From: Longimicrobiales bacterium | GTDB lineage: Bacteria > Gemmatimonadota > Gemmatimonadetes > Longimicrobiales > Gaopeijiaceae | Assembly (NCBI GenBank): GCA_965203485.1 | Contig: OZ241892.1 | Location: 1,312,001-1,376,000 of the forward strand | Direction: 5' to 3' | Length of the DNA stretch: 64,000 bases | In this document: positions 1 to 9,866 of the stretch, piece by piece | How the letters are laid out: the number at the start of each line of letters is the position of its first letter | How positions within the stretch are numbered: the stretch's first letter is position 1 | The notes under the pieces: model-generated | Database searches by the model: none | Seen by the model: the letters and a program-made list of their open reading frames with translations, nothing else | What the model was told of the DNA's origin: nothing | Made by a program: the position numbers and the translations under genes

Positions 1-251
1 TGCAGTTCGCCGCCGACGTGCTGGATCGTCCGCTCCGCCGCCCGGCGTTGGTCGAGGTCACGGCGCTCGGGGCCGCCGGCCTGGCGGGACTGCGCGCCGG
101 CCTCTGGAGCTCGCCCGACGAGTTCGCCGCCGCGTGCCGCAGTCTCCGCACCTTCGTTCCGTCGATGGCGGCGCCTCAGAGGGAGTCGCTGCTGGCCGGA
201 TGGCGGAGGGCGGTGCGCGGCGTCCTCGCCGCCGCGGGGCCTGTACCTTGA
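1..251 (+). CDS. glpK: Glycerol kinase, C-terminal part (starts before window)
   Basis: Frame reads QFAADVLDRPLRRPALVEVTALGAAGLAGL...WRRAV, typical FGGY/GlpK C-terminus. Confidence 0.85.
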   Translation, partial: QFAADVLDRPLRRPALVEVTALGAAGLAGLRAGLWSSPDEFAAACRSLRTFVPSMAAPQRESLLAGWRRAVRGVLAAAGPVP

Positions 252-468
252 CCATGGCCCGGGCGCGGCGCAACGAGGACGAGCTGGGCTTCTCTTCGGC
301 TCCCGAGGCAGGACGCTCCTCATCTCTTCAGCGCGTTTCGGGGCAAGGCCGATTCCTAGTAGATTTGCCTCCGACGGCCGTATCCGCCCGGTGTTGCCGG
401 CGAGGAGAACGGCCGACGCGCCGCTGTCGCCGCCGTTGGCGACGCGAGAACGCCGGAGACGGGCGCCA

Positions 469-885
469 ATGAAGAACACGCGATTTCTCGTAGGCTTGGT
501 GGGCGTGGCGGCCGCCGTGTCGTACCTGATGTGGACGGGCGTCACCGACAGCATGGTCTACTACCTGACGCCCGCCGAGTTGCTGGAGCGGATCGAAGAG
601 GAGCCCGGCTTCCGCGACGTGGGCGTCAAGGTGAGCGGCCGCGTGGTTGAAGGAACCTGGAAGCGCGCGCCGGGTCCCGCGCACGAGTTTCGGGTCGCCG
701 ATCTCGACGAGCCGTCGGTCGTCTTCTCGGTTCGCTACGAGGACGTCGTGCCCGACACGTTCAACGACCGGGCGGAAGTGGTTCTCGAAGGCAAGTTCGG
801 GCCGGACGAGGTCTTCGAGGCCCGAACCGTGCTGACGAAGTGCGGCAGCCGCTACGAGGCGGCAAAGGAGGACTTCGCGACGTGA
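469..885 (+). CDS. ccmE: Cytochrome c maturation heme chaperone CcmE, Cys-type
   Basis: N-terminal TM, YYLTP, VVPDTF, VVLEG, C-terminal TKCGSRY (CxxxY); ATG at 469. Confidence 0.92.
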   Translation: MKNTRFLVGLVGVAAAVSYLMWTGVTDSMVYYLTPAELLERIEEEPGFRDVGVKVSGRVVEGTWKRAPGPAHEFRVADLDEPSVVFSVRYEDVVPDTFNDRAEVVLEGKFGPDEVFEARTVLTKCGSRYEAAKEDFAT

Positions 886-2921
886 CCGCCTTGGGCGAAG
901 TCGCCCTGTGGATCGCGCTCCCCATGGCCCTCTGGGGCACAGTTCTCTCCTTCGCCGGCGGACGGACCGCCCGCGCCGACTTCGTCCTCAGCGGCGAGCG
1001 GACCGCCTACGCGAACACGCTTCTCCTCCTGCTTGCCTCCGCGGGCGTCGTCGCGGCGTTCGTCGGCGAGCGCTACGAGTTCTGGTACGTGGCCAGCTAC
1101 TCGAACCGCGAGCTCGGCCTCTACTTCAAGGTCGCGGGCCTTTGGGCGGGACAGCGCGGATCGCTCCTGTTCTGGACTCTGCTCCTTTCCGCCTTCACGT
1201 CGGTTGCCGTCTTCCGAAACCGGCGTCGCAACCGCGAGTTCATGCCGTACGTCGCCGGCACGCTTCTCGCGATGCTCTCGTTCTTGCTGGTCGTCCTCCT
1301 GTTCGCCGACGTGAACCCGTTCGAGCGGCTGGGTTTCACCCCGGCGAACGGGCGGGGCCTCAACCCGCAGTTGCAGAACTACTGGATGACGATTCATCCG
1401 CCCATGCTGTACTTGGGATTCACGGCCTTCGCGGTGCCGTTCGCCTTCGCGGTCGCGGCGCTGCTCACCGGACGGTTGGACTCGCGCTGGATCGCCGTCA
1501 CCCGCCGCTGGACGTTGCTCAGCTGGTTCTTCCTCACCAACGGGATCATCTTCGGAATGCGCTGGGCGTACGAGGAGCTGGGCTGGGGCGGCTACTGGTT
1601 CTGGGACCCGGTCGAGAACGCTTCGCTGTTGCCGTGGCTCACCGCGACGGCGTTCGTGCACTCCATCCAGATCCAGGAGAACCGCGGGATGCTCAAGGTC
1701 TGGAACATGGGGCTGGTCGCGGCCACGTTCCTCCTCACGATCTTCGCGACGTTCCTCACCCGTTCCGGCCTGATCGAGTCGGTCCACAGCTTTGCCGAGA
1801 ACCTCAAGATTGCATACATATTCCTCGGCTTCCTGGGCGCCGTCGCGGCGATCTGCGCGGTGCTGGTCGTCTACCGCTTGCCGTTGTTGCGGGGCGAGAG
1901 TCACATCCAGTCGTTTCTCTCCCGCGAGTCGGCCTTCCTGTTCAACAACCTGCTCTTCGTCGGAATCGCGTTCGCAGTCGCGTGGGGCACGCTCTATCCG
2001 CTCTTCACCGAAGGATTCTTCGGCCAGAAGATCAACGTCGGACCTCCATACTACAATCGAGTCAACGTGCCGGCCGGCCTTGTCCTTCTCGCCTTGACGG
2101 GGATCGGCCCGGTCATCGCGTGGCGGAGGGCGTCGCGCCGCAATCTGCGCAGGAACTTCGCCTGGCCGGTGGCCTCTGCCGCCGCCGTGGCGGGCGTGCT
2201 GGCGGGCATCGGCGTGCGCCACTGGGCCGCGCTCGCCACGTTCTCCATATCGGCCTTCGTGATGACGGTCGTCGTCGTCGAATTCGCCAAGGGGACGGGT
2301 GCGCGGGCCCGCATATCCGGCGAGGGCCGGTGGAGATCGCTGTTCAACTTGGTGCGCCGCAACCGTCGCCGGTGGGGCGGCTACGTGGTCCACGCAGGCG
2401 TCGTCGTGGTCTTCACGGGCATGGCCGGTTCCGCGTTCGACGTGGCCGTGACCCAGGAGCTGGCGCCGGGCGAGTCGCTGTCCGTGCGGTCCGCGTTCGG
2501 GCACGAGTACACCCTCGCATACGAGAGCCTTTCGCACTCTCGCCCGCGTTCCGGCGCAACCCTCGAAAACGACTGGCGGTGGACGGCGCTGGTCACGGTT
2601 CGGCGTGGCGGCGAGCGCGTCGCCGTCATGCGTCCCGAGCGAAGGTTCTATCCCGTGATGGACCAGTCGTCCACGGAAGTCGGCATCCACAGCACGGCGT
2701 TCGAGGACCTGTACGTGATTCCTCGCGACATCGACCTCGAAAGCGGCGCGGACCGCGTCGTCTTCGAGGCCAAGGTGCTGCCGCTGGTGCCCTGGATATG
2801 GTACGGTGGAATGGTCGTCGCCGCCGGCGGCTTGATCGCGCTCTGGCCGGTCGGCGCCGCCCGTCCGCTTTCGCCTGCCCGGAATCCCGCGCCCGCGCTC
2901 GGGGCGGGACGCGCGGCCTGA
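882..2921 (+). CDS. ccmF: Heme lyase CcmF/NrfE family
   Basis: LNPQLQN, IHPPMLYLG, WAYEELGWGGYWFWDPVENASLLPWL, ESVHSF; GTGA overlap with ccmE stop. Confidence 0.95.
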   Translation: MTALGEVALWIALPMALWGTVLSFAGGRTARADFVLSGERTAYANTLLLLLASAGVVAAFVGERYEFWYVASYSNRELGLYFKVAGLWAGQRGSLLFWTLLLSAFTSVAVFRNRRRNREFMPYVAGTLLAMLSFLLVVLLFADVNPFERLGFTPANGRGLNPQLQNYWMTIHPPMLYLGFTAFAVPFAFAVAALLTGRLDSRWIAVTRRWTLLSWFFLTNGIIFGMRWAYEELGWGGYWFWDPVENASLLPWLTATAFVHSIQIQENRGMLKVWNMGLVAATFLLTIFATFLTRSGLIESVHSFAENLKIAYIFLGFLGAVAAICAVLVVYRLPLLRGESHIQSFLSRESAFLFNNLLFVGIAFAVAWGTLYPLFTEGFFGQKINVGPPYYNRVNVPAGLVLLALTGIGPVIAWRRASRRNLRRNFAWPVASAAAVAGVLAGIGVRHWAALATFSISAFVMTVVVVEFAKGTGARARISGEGRWRSLFNLVRRNRRRWGGYVVHAGVVVVFTGMAGSAFDVAVTQELAPGESLSVRSAFGHEYTLAYESLSHSRPRSGATLENDWRWTALVTVRRGGERVAVMRPERRFYPVMDQSSTEVGIHSTAFEDLYVIPRDIDLESGADRVVFEAKVLPLVPWIWYGGMVVAAGGLIALWPVGAARPLSPARNPAPALGAGRAA

Positions 2922-3355
2922 TGCTCGTTGCCGGCGGGATCGCGTTGGCCGCCGGCATCCTCCTCTTCGTGCTGGAGCCGGTCTTTTCGGGGCGCGGCGC
3001 ACTTGCCTACGACGGGAACGAACGCTGGGACGAGGCGGCGGCCAGGCGGCGGGTGGCTCTCTCCGCGCTCCGCGACTTGGAGTACGACTTGGCGACCGGC
3101 AAGATCGACGGGCGCGACTACGAGGGGACGAGGGCCGAACTGGCTCGCGAGGCCCTGCAACGGCTGAACGAGGCGCCCGGCGAGGCTCCGCCCGACCCGG
3201 CCGCCGCCGCGCTCGAAGAGGAGATCGCCGAGATGCGCCGCGCGCTCCGGGAAGGACTTCGGTGCGGGGCCTGCCGGAACGTGAACGCCCGCGGGGCCAG
3301 GTTCTGCGGGCGTTGCGGCGGCCCGCTGGGCGCCGGGGCCGCGGCGGATCCATGA
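2921..3355 (+). CDS. Membrane-anchored protein with CcmI-like N-terminus and zinc ribbon
   Basis: TM, LRDLEYDLATGKID motif, CxxC-x10-CxxC; TGATG coupling to ccmF. Confidence 0.7.
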   Translation: MLVAGGIALAAGILLFVLEPVFSGRGALAYDGNERWDEAAARRRVALSALRDLEYDLATGKIDGRDYEGTRAELAREALQRLNEAPGEAPPDPAAAALEEEIAEMRRALREGLRCGACRNVNARGARFCGRCGGPLGAGAAADP

Positions 3356-4140
3356 CGCTGGAGGGCCGGGCGCTCGCCTGCGCCTACGGCCCGACGCAGG
3401 CCCTGCGGGGCGTGAACTTGGCGGCGAGCGGGGGAGTGATGGTCGTCTTCGGCCCGAACGGCGCAGGAAAGTCCACGCTCTTGCGCGTCCTCTCCGGGGA
3501 GCGGCGTCCCGATCGCGGGGACGTGTTCCTGGACGGTGCGCCCGTCTCGGCCGATCTCGCCGCATGGCGCGGCCGGATCGGCGTGGTCGGCCACCGAAGC
3601 GGCCTGTACTCCAAGCTGACCGTGGCGGAGAACTTGGCGTTCTTCGCGTCGCTGTACGCGGATGGGAAGAGGGGAGGGACCCGCGAGGCGCTGGCCGCCG
3701 CCGGGGCCGGCGAGTTGGCTGACCGGCCGGCTGAAGGACTGTCCCGCGGAGAACGCCAGCGCGTCGCTCTCGCCCGCGCCTTCCTGCGCGACCCGGACGT
3801 CCTGCTCCTGGACGAGCCGTTCACGGGGCTGGACGCGGCGGCCGCGGCCGCTGTAGGCGACGCTCTGCGCGAGCGCGGCGGCCGCGGCCGCATCGTGGCG
3901 CTGACCACGCACGACCTCGTCCGGGGAACCGGCATCGCGGACCGGGTGATCGTGCTCCGGCGGGGCCGCAAGGCGCTCGATTGCGGAGGCGGCGAGGCGA
4001 GCACGAGCCGAATCGCGGGCGCGATGAGCGGGCGCGGACAGGAACGCGAGCGGCCGGGGCCAGTCGAGGGGCGGCCCGCGAGCGCCCCGAACCGTCCTGG
4101 CCTGCACGGCGGAGGCGGAACCCCGGGCGGCCCGGCGTGA
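3352..4140 (+). CDS. ccmA: Heme ABC exporter ATPase CcmA
   Basis: GPNGAGKST, LSRGE, LLLDEPF; ccm context; ATGA overlap. Confidence 0.88.
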   Translation: MTLEGRALACAYGPTQALRGVNLAASGGVMVVFGPNGAGKSTLLRVLSGERRPDRGDVFLDGAPVSADLAAWRGRIGVVGHRSGLYSKLTVAENLAFFASLYADGKRGGTREALAAAGAGELADRPAEGLSRGERQRVALARAFLRDPDVLLLDEPFTGLDAAAAAAVGDALRERGGRGRIVALTTHDLVRGTGIADRVIVLRRGRKALDCGGGEASTSRIAGAMSGRGQERERPGPVEGRPASAPNRPGLHGGGGTPGGPA

Positions 4141-4811
4141 GCGCGCCGAGACTGGCATGGCGCGTCGCCGCCAAGGACTTGCGGGTCGAGTTCCGCGCTC
4201 GAGGCAGGATCGTCGCCACGATCGCGTTCGTGGCCATGGCGGGGTTTCTCTTCGCGGTGTCGCTCGACCGCGCGCGGGTGGCCCCCCGGGATGTGGCCGG
4301 GCCGCTGATCTGGCTGGTCATGCTGTTCGCGGCCACCGCGGGCGCCGGGCGTGCGTTCGACTCGGAGGACGAAGACGGCGCGTTCAGGCACCTGCTCCTG
4401 GCGCCCGTGCCCAGGCCGGCTCTCTTCTTGGGCAAGGCCGCGGCCAACGCCGTGCTGGTCGCCGCCGCCGCCGCCGCGACGTTTGCGGCGTTCGCGCTGT
4501 TTCTGGGCCTCGCGCCCCGTGGGATCGCCGCCCATGCCGCCGTGTTGCTGCCGGGGGCGGTCGGGCTGGCCGCGGCAAGCACGTTCTTCGGGCGGATGGC
4601 GGGCCACAGCTCGCTGGGCGACGCTCTTCTGCCCGTCCTCGTCTTTCCCCTGCTGGCCCCCCTCGTGTTCTTCGGCGCCACGGCGACCGGCCGGTTGCTT
4701 GCGGAGCGTCCTTGGCCGGAGGCTGCGGGCCTGGTGCGTCTCCTATGGGCCTTTGCGCTGGGCGCGCTGGCGGCGGGCGGCGTTCTCTTCCGCCAAGTCG
4801 TGGACGATTAG
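4137..4811 (+). CDS. ccmB: Heme exporter CcmB
   Basis: KDLRVEFR, FDSEDEDG, LFLGK, LLPVLVFPL; several TMs; GTGA overlap. Confidence 0.88.
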   Translation: MSAPRLAWRVAAKDLRVEFRARGRIVATIAFVAMAGFLFAVSLDRARVAPRDVAGPLIWLVMLFAATAGAGRAFDSEDEDGAFRHLLLAPVPRPALFLGKAAANAVLVAAAAAATFAAFALFLGLAPRGIAAHAAVLLPGAVGLAAASTFFGRMAGHSSLGDALLPVLVFPLLAPLVFFGATATGRLLAERPWPEAAGLVRLLWAFALGALAAGGVLFRQVVDD

Positions 4812-4869
4812 ATTGTCGCCGACCGCGCGCCGCGCCGCGCCAGACACCGTCACAGGAGCCGGGCCGCCA

Positions 4870-5550
4870 ATGCGTGCCAAGACCGCCACGACCGGCGGAG
4901 CCGTGCTCGCGGCGACGGGCGCGGCGGCCTTTCTGGCCGCGCAATGGATGGTCGCGTTCTGGGCGCCGACCGAGGCCAGCATGGGCCTGGTTCAGCGCAT
5001 CTTCTACGTGCACGTCCCGGCTGCGTGGACCACGTTCCTCGCCTTCGGCATCGCCGCCGTGGCCAGCGCGGCCTACCTCTGGCTCAAGGACGAACGGGCG
5101 GACGCGGCGGCCGTCGCGGCGGCCGAAGGCGGCCTCGTCTTCGGCGCGATCATGCTCGTGTCGGGCCCGCTGTGGGGCCGCATTGCGTGGGGCACGTACT
5201 GGACTTGGGAGCCGCGTCTCACGCTTACGCTCCTCCTCTGGTTCATCTACGTCGGCTACTTCCTCGTGCGCGGCTCGGTGCGCGACGCGCGGCGCGGAAG
5301 GAGACTCGCGGCCGTCGTGGCCGTCGTGGGCGCGCTCGACATTCCCCTCGTTCACCTCAGCGTATCCTGGTTCCGGTCCTTGCATCCCGAGGCGGTCGTG
5401 CTTAATCCGGACGGTCCCACCCTTCACCCCGACATGCTCGCGACCCTGCTCGTCTCCCTGGCCGGCTTCACCTTGCTGTTCCTGGGGTTGTTCGGCCTCC
5501 GCTATTCCGCCGAGACGAACCGGCCGCCGGCCGAGGAAGCCCGGGCGTGA
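4870..5550 (+). CDS. ccmC: Heme exporter CcmC
   Basis: RIFYVHVPAAW, WGRIAWGTYWTWEPRLT, RSLHP. Confidence 0.92.
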   Translation: MRAKTATTGGAVLAATGAAAFLAAQWMVAFWAPTEASMGLVQRIFYVHVPAAWTTFLAFGIAAVASAAYLWLKDERADAAAVAAAEGGLVFGAIMLVSGPLWGRIAWGTYWTWEPRLTLTLLLWFIYVGYFLVRGSVRDARRGRRLAAVVAVVGALDIPLVHLSVSWFRSLHPEAVVLNPDGPTLHPDMLATLLVSLAGFTLLFLGLFGLRYSAETNRPPAEEARA

Positions 5551-5786
5551 CCGTCGCCGGCCTCCTTGCGGACTTGGCGGGAACGGCCGCGGCCGAGGCC
5601 GTCCACGTCCAGCGGTCCGCCGGCCAGTCCGCGCGACCCCTCGTCCATGTTCTGTTGGCCTACGGATTCGCCTGGACCGCGATCCTCGGCTGGGCGTGGC
5701 GCATCGCCCGTCTGCGGCGCGCGCGGCGCTCCTTGCCGGCGAACCTCCGCGCCGAACCTGGAAGCCGACGGGAGAGGCGGTTATAA
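5547..5786 (+). CDS. Small CcmD-like membrane protein
   Basis: Short ORF coupled to ccmC, single TM (LLAYGFAWTAILGWAW) followed by basic tail. Confidence 0.5.
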   Translation: MTVAGLLADLAGTAAAEAVHVQRSAGQSARPLVHVLLAYGFAWTAILGWAWRIARLRRARRSLPANLRAEPGSRRERRL

Positions 5787-5787
5787 T
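5782..5787 (+). promoter_or_regulatory. Consensus -10 hexamer TATAAT upstream of the outer-membrane protein gene
   Basis: TATAAT in GC-rich context about 145 bp before ATG 5933, which has an AAGGAG RBS; -35 is weak. Confidence 0.45.
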
Positions 5788-5932
5788 TCCCGCTGGAAGA
5801 CAAGGGGGAGTCCAGCTGTCAGGCGGCCTCGCGGTCGTCGCCCGGACCCTTCGCGTCCCGCCGGGGCATCCCCGGAATCCCAGTGCGCCGCTGAACCGAC
5901 AACGTTCCCCTCGCGAGAAGGAGAACTCGCAG

Positions 5933-7342
5933 ATGCCCGCCGTCTCCAAGTTCCGCAACACGGCCGTAGCGCTCTTCTGCCTAGGCCTGCCGGCCCAGGA
6001 TGCCATGTCCCAAGCCGAGTCCAGCACGTTGCGCTACGGCACGGGCCTGCTCGACGTGCCCACCGCGAAGGTGGTTCCTCACCTCTCGTTCGCGGGGACG
6101 TACTCGGGCTTCGGCATCTCGGTCGCCAACCGTCTGGTTCTGGACCGGGCCGGCCGAGAGATCGCGAAGGGCGACCCCTACGAGAAGTGGGTTTCGGACG
6201 GCTCGTTGACGTTCGGACTGTTCGACCGCCTCGAGCTGGGCGCCACGATCCAGCACTACGACGAGCCCGCGGACGGGGGCAATCTGCTGGGAGGCTTCGG
6301 GCAACTCCTGGTCCTGCCGCCGGGCCATGGATTCAACATCGCGGTCGGCGCTCGCTACGTTTCCTCGCCCAGCTTCGGCGACCAGTATCCGGACGAGTTC
6401 CAGCCCAACCGCTTCGGCTACCCGGATTCGCGCGTCATCGAGAAGCCGGAGGGCAAGGCCGAGTTCAGCTCCAATCTCTCTCCCTACGCGGTGGCGACGT
6501 TTCATCTTCCCGGGCTCGAAGCCGGCTTCCTGCCCGAGTACGACTTTTCGCTGACGGCGGGATGGGGCAGCGGCATGTTCCGCGCCGGGCGCGATCTCGA
6601 CTTCTACGGCGTCTCCGACGTCGCCGGCTTGCTCGCTGGGGCCGGGTTGCACGTGGGGCTCGGCGAGGGCCGCCTGCTTCACCTGATCGGCGAGTTCAAC
6701 GGCTTCGACGTCAACACGGGCGTCGAGATCGACTGGGGCGGGGTGCGCGTCGGCGCGTTCGTGCTCGGCATGGAGTACGACCAGCAATCCACGTTTCGCA
6801 GCCGCAAGATCGGCGTGAAGGGATCGCTCGCGTTCTGCGCGGCCGACGGCGGCCTTTGCAAGCCCAGCTTGGCCGGCCGTCCCGCGCCCGACACCGTGAC
6901 GCTTCCGGCGCCCGCACCCGACACCGTGTTCGTCGAGCGTACCGTCGAGCCCGAGTTGCCGACTGGCACGCCGACGTCGATTTGCCTCTCCACCGGCGCG
7001 TCGATCCAAGTGTACGTCACCCCGCAGCTGGACACGCTGGTGGGCCCCGGACGGGTGTCGGTCCGCGACCTCCGGCCGGGCATCGTGTTCGCGGGCGCGT
7101 ACGCGGAGGACCACCAGTGGTTCGTGGACGACGAGGCGATCGAGCTGGAACGGCGTGAGTTCAGCAAGTCCGGCAACCCTCGTTCGCTGGACTGCGACGA
7201 CATCATGCGGGTCGGCGAGCACGAGGGCGTCCCCCTCTTCGCGGAGCGTTCGGCGGAGCGGCCCCTCGAGATGATCTTCGTGCCCGTTCGGCCGGGGGTC
7301 TGGCAGGCCTACGAGTACGGCCTGCAGGGGACGCGCGGCTAG
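5933..7342 (+). CDS. Secreted or outer-membrane protein, YjbH-like beta-barrel plus C-terminal domain of unknown function
   Basis: Signal peptide, GTGLLDVPTA start, alternating beta-strand pattern, PAPDTV x2 linker; RBS AAGGAG. Confidence 0.65.
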   Translation: MPAVSKFRNTAVALFCLGLPAQDAMSQAESSTLRYGTGLLDVPTAKVVPHLSFAGTYSGFGISVANRLVLDRAGREIAKGDPYEKWVSDGSLTFGLFDRLELGATIQHYDEPADGGNLLGGFGQLLVLPPGHGFNIAVGARYVSSPSFGDQYPDEFQPNRFGYPDSRVIEKPEGKAEFSSNLSPYAVATFHLPGLEAGFLPEYDFSLTAGWGSGMFRAGRDLDFYGVSDVAGLLAGAGLHVGLGEGRLLHLIGEFNGFDVNTGVEIDWGGVRVGAFVLGMEYDQQSTFRSRKIGVKGSLAFCAADGGLCKPSLAGRPAPDTVTLPAPAPDTVFVERTVEPELPTGTPTSICLSTGASIQVYVTPQLDTLVGPGRVSVRDLRPGIVFAGAYAEDHQWFVDDEAIELERREFSKSGNPRSLDCDDIMRVGEHEGVPLFAERSAERPLEMIFVPVRPGVWQAYEYGLQGTRG

Positions 7343-7377
7343 AAGCGGGCGTCGCGCTCGAGAGATCGCGGTTGCGA

Positions 7378-8922
7378 TCAGGACGGCGCTGGGCCGGACA
7401 AGCCCAGTCGGACTGCCAGTTCGGGAGTCACGTCGGCGGCCGAGTCGATGTCGGTCTCGACGGGAAGGCACGTGACGCGAAGCCCGAGTGCGCGGCAACG
7501 GGCCGTCGTCTCCGAAAACACGCACGCGGTGCTCCACGGCATCTGCTCGAAGAGCGAGGGTTGCGGCTCCTTGAGCGCAATTAGGTAGTAGCCTCCGTCG
7601 CTGGAGGGTCCAAGGACGACGTCGGCCGAACGCAACGCGTCCAACGCGAGGCCGACGGTCTCGGCGTCGACCGTCGGCGCGTCGGTTCCCACGACGGCGA
7701 CGGCGCGGGCGCCCTGCGCGAAGGCGGCCCGGACCATGCGGTCCATCCGCGCGCCCAAGTCTCCGTCGCCCTGCGGGACGAAGCTGGGGCCGCCGCCCAG
7801 CCAGCCGCGCATCTCGTCCTCTGCGCCGGGCGGGTCGAAGCACACGGTCGTTCGGGCCGGCGCGTCCGCCAGCTGCTCCATCACCGATCGGCCCAAGCGG
7901 CGGTAGGCCTCCGCCGCGGCCTCCGCGCCCCAGTTCCGCGCCAAGCGAGTCTTGACGGCGCCGGGCCGGGGCGCCTTGGCGAAGACGAGAAGCGCGGCGG
8001 GCTGGAGGCGCGCGTTCGCGTCGTCGCTCGCGGCGGCCGTGCCGTCGGCCGCGGCGGTGGAACAGGCGGTGGGCTGGAAGGCCTCTGGGCCGGCTGCCCC
8101 GCGCTCGCTTGGTTCGTTGGCGCGCACGTCTTCTTGGGGCGGCGCCTCCGGGCCGGCGGTCCCGCGCACGGTCGGCGCCCGGCGGGGTTGGTAGCGGGCG
8201 GCGAGGTCGGCCGGGCGCGCCCCTGCCAGGAAGCGGCTGATGAGCGTCGCGTTTCGCGCGAAGGCGCGCAGGCGGCCCTCTTCCTCCCAGCGCCTGGCGC
8301 TGGTGCGGACGTGGGCGGGGAGACGCTCGAGCGCCCCGGACGCGGCCAGCCGCCGGTTGAGGACGACGTCCTCCATCAGCGGCTCGTCCGGATAGCCGCC
8401 CGCCCGGAAGAACGAGTCCCGCCGGATCAACAGCCCTTGGTCGCCGTACACGAGGCCGGTCCAGCGCTCGCGAAGCCGCTGTCCGGCCTCGACAAGCCGG
8501 TAGAAGAAGCGGGGATGGTCGATGGCGAGGCCGAAGTAGCCTGCCGCCGGTCGATCCCCTTCCACGTGCCGCTCGACCGCCCTCAGAGCGTCGGCGCTCA
8601 AGCGCGAGTCGGCATGCAGCAGCAGAAGCCAACGGGCGCCGAGGAACGCCGCTCCGGCGTTCAGTTGCCGCGCGCGCCCCCGCCGACTCCTGACCACCCA
8701 GGCGCCTTCCGTCCGGGCGGCGTCGGCCGTGCCGTCGCGCGAGCCGCCGTCCACGACCACAACCGTGGAGTCCAGCTGCAAGTGCGACAGATCGCGGAGC
8801 AGAGCGGGCAGGCGCTCGGCCTCGTCGAGCGCGGGAACGACGACGCCCAGCCGGGCGTCGTGTCCTGGAGCGCGCCTGCGCCGAGACGTGAAGTCGGGGC
8901 CGGCGGGCCGCCCGCCGTCCAC
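7378..8922 (-). CDS. Fused GT2 glycosyltransferase (TIGR04283-like) and CofC-like/DUF2064 transferase (TIGR04282-like)
   Basis: VVVPALDEA, VDGGSRD, GRARQLNAGA, LHAD, YGDQG, MED, TSARRW, then FAKAPRPGAVKTRL, QGDGDLG, GTDAP, GPSSDGGYYL; start codon uncertain. Confidence 0.8.
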   Translation of the reverse strand: MDGGRPAGPDFTSRRRRAPGHDARLGVVVPALDEAERLPALLRDLSHLQLDSTVVVVDGGSRDGTADAARTEGAWVVRSRRGRARQLNAGAAFLGARWLLLLHADSRLSADALRAVERHVEGDRPAAGYFGLAIDHPRFFYRLVEAGQRLRERWTGLVYGDQGLLIRRDSFFRAGGYPDEPLMEDVVLNRRLAASGALERLPAHVRTSARRWEEEGRLRAFARNATLISRFLAGARPADLAARYQPRRAPTVRGTAGPEAPPQEDVRANEPSERGAAGPEAFQPTACSTAAADGTAAASDDANARLQPAALLVFAKAPRPGAVKTRLARNWGAEAAAEAYRRLGRSVMEQLADAPARTTVCFDPPGAEDEMRGWLGGGPSFVPQGDGDLGARMDRMVRAAFAQGARAVAVVGTDAPTVDAETVGLALDALRSADVVLGPSSDGGYYLIALKEPQPSLFEQMPWSTACVFSETTARCRALGLRVTCLPVETDIDSAADVTPELAVRLGLSGPAPS

Positions 8923-8927
8923 GCCGG

Positions 8928-9866
8928 CTATCCGGTCGAGTCCTTCGGCGCCGGGTCGCCCGGCGGCGTCTCCAGTTCGGCGCCGCCGTCTTGGAGCGCT
9001 TCCCGGTCCGGACCGGAGGCGCAGCCCGGCGCGACCAAGGCGCCGATCGAGCCGGCCGTTGCGATGCCCGGGCCCGCCCCCTCCGCGGCAGGCGCCGCGC
9101 CACGGGCGCCGGGAAGCCGCGCGCCCAGCCGCCCCAGCAAGGCCGGCAGCACGGCCAGCGCCGCCAGCAGCGCGCCCGCGAGCAGCACGCGGAGCAACGC
9201 GTCCCTGGACGCTTCTTGCGAGCCCTGCAGGATCGCATCCGCGAAGAAGGTGTAGACGACCGTGCCCGGGACGATGCCGATCGCTGTCGCCGCGGCGTAG
9301 ACCGGCCAACGGAGCGCCGTCAAGCCCGCGCCGAAGTTGAGGACGTTGAACGGCGCCAGCGGAATCAACCGCAACGTGAGCAACCCCAAGAAGCCCCTTT
9401 TCTCGACCGCCGCGTCCAGCCTGCGCAAGGCGGCCGAGTCTTCGCCCGCCAGACGACGCACGCCGTCGCGCCCCAGCGCGCGGGCCACCATGAAGGCCGC
9501 ATTGGCGCCGATGTTCGCCGCAAGCCAGTTGAAGACCGACCCCCAGAACACCCCGAACACGGCGCCGCCCGCCAGCGTGAGCGCCGTGCCGGGCACGGCC
9601 AGCGCCGTGGCGGTCGCATAGGCGGCCACGAAGACCACGGGCGCCCAGGGATTGCCTCGGAGCCACGCGACGGCGGCCGCGATCCCGTCGCGGGTCAGGT
9701 GGTCGCCTGCCGGCGTCATGCGGAGGACGGCGTAGGCGGCGCCGACCAGCACGACGAGCGCTCCCAGCTTGAGAAGCGCCGGCCCGCGGCCCGCATCGGC
9801 CGTTGCGGTCGCCGAACCGCCGGGGACGAGCGGCCGCCGGTCCCCGCGCCTTCCGCCGTTCGTCAC
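8928..9866 (-). CDS. TVP38/TMEM64 (VTT/DedA-like) membrane protein
   Basis: VPGTALTLAGGAVFG, LRLIPLAPFNVLNFGAGLT, GIVPGT; GTGA overlap with upstream gene. Confidence 0.88.
   Translation of the reverse strand: MTNGGRRGDRRPLVPGGSATATADAGRGPALLKLGALVVLVGAAYAVLRMTPAGDHLTRDGIAAAVAWLRGNPWAPVVFVAAYATATALAVPGTALTLAGGAVFGVFWGSVFNWLAANIGANAAFMVARALGRDGVRRLAGEDSAALRRLDAAVEKRGFLGLLTLRLIPLAPFNVLNFGAGLTALRWPVYAAATAIGIVPGTVVYTFFADAILQGSQEASRDALLRVLLAGALLAALAVLPALLGRLGARLPGARGAAPAAEGAGPGIATAGSIGALVAPGCASGPDREALQDGGAELETPPGDPAPKDSTG

Noticed and set aside
5790..5930. Riboswitch in the outer-membrane protein leader
   Set aside because: Short hairpins only; no cobalamin, TPP, SAM or other consensus recognised.
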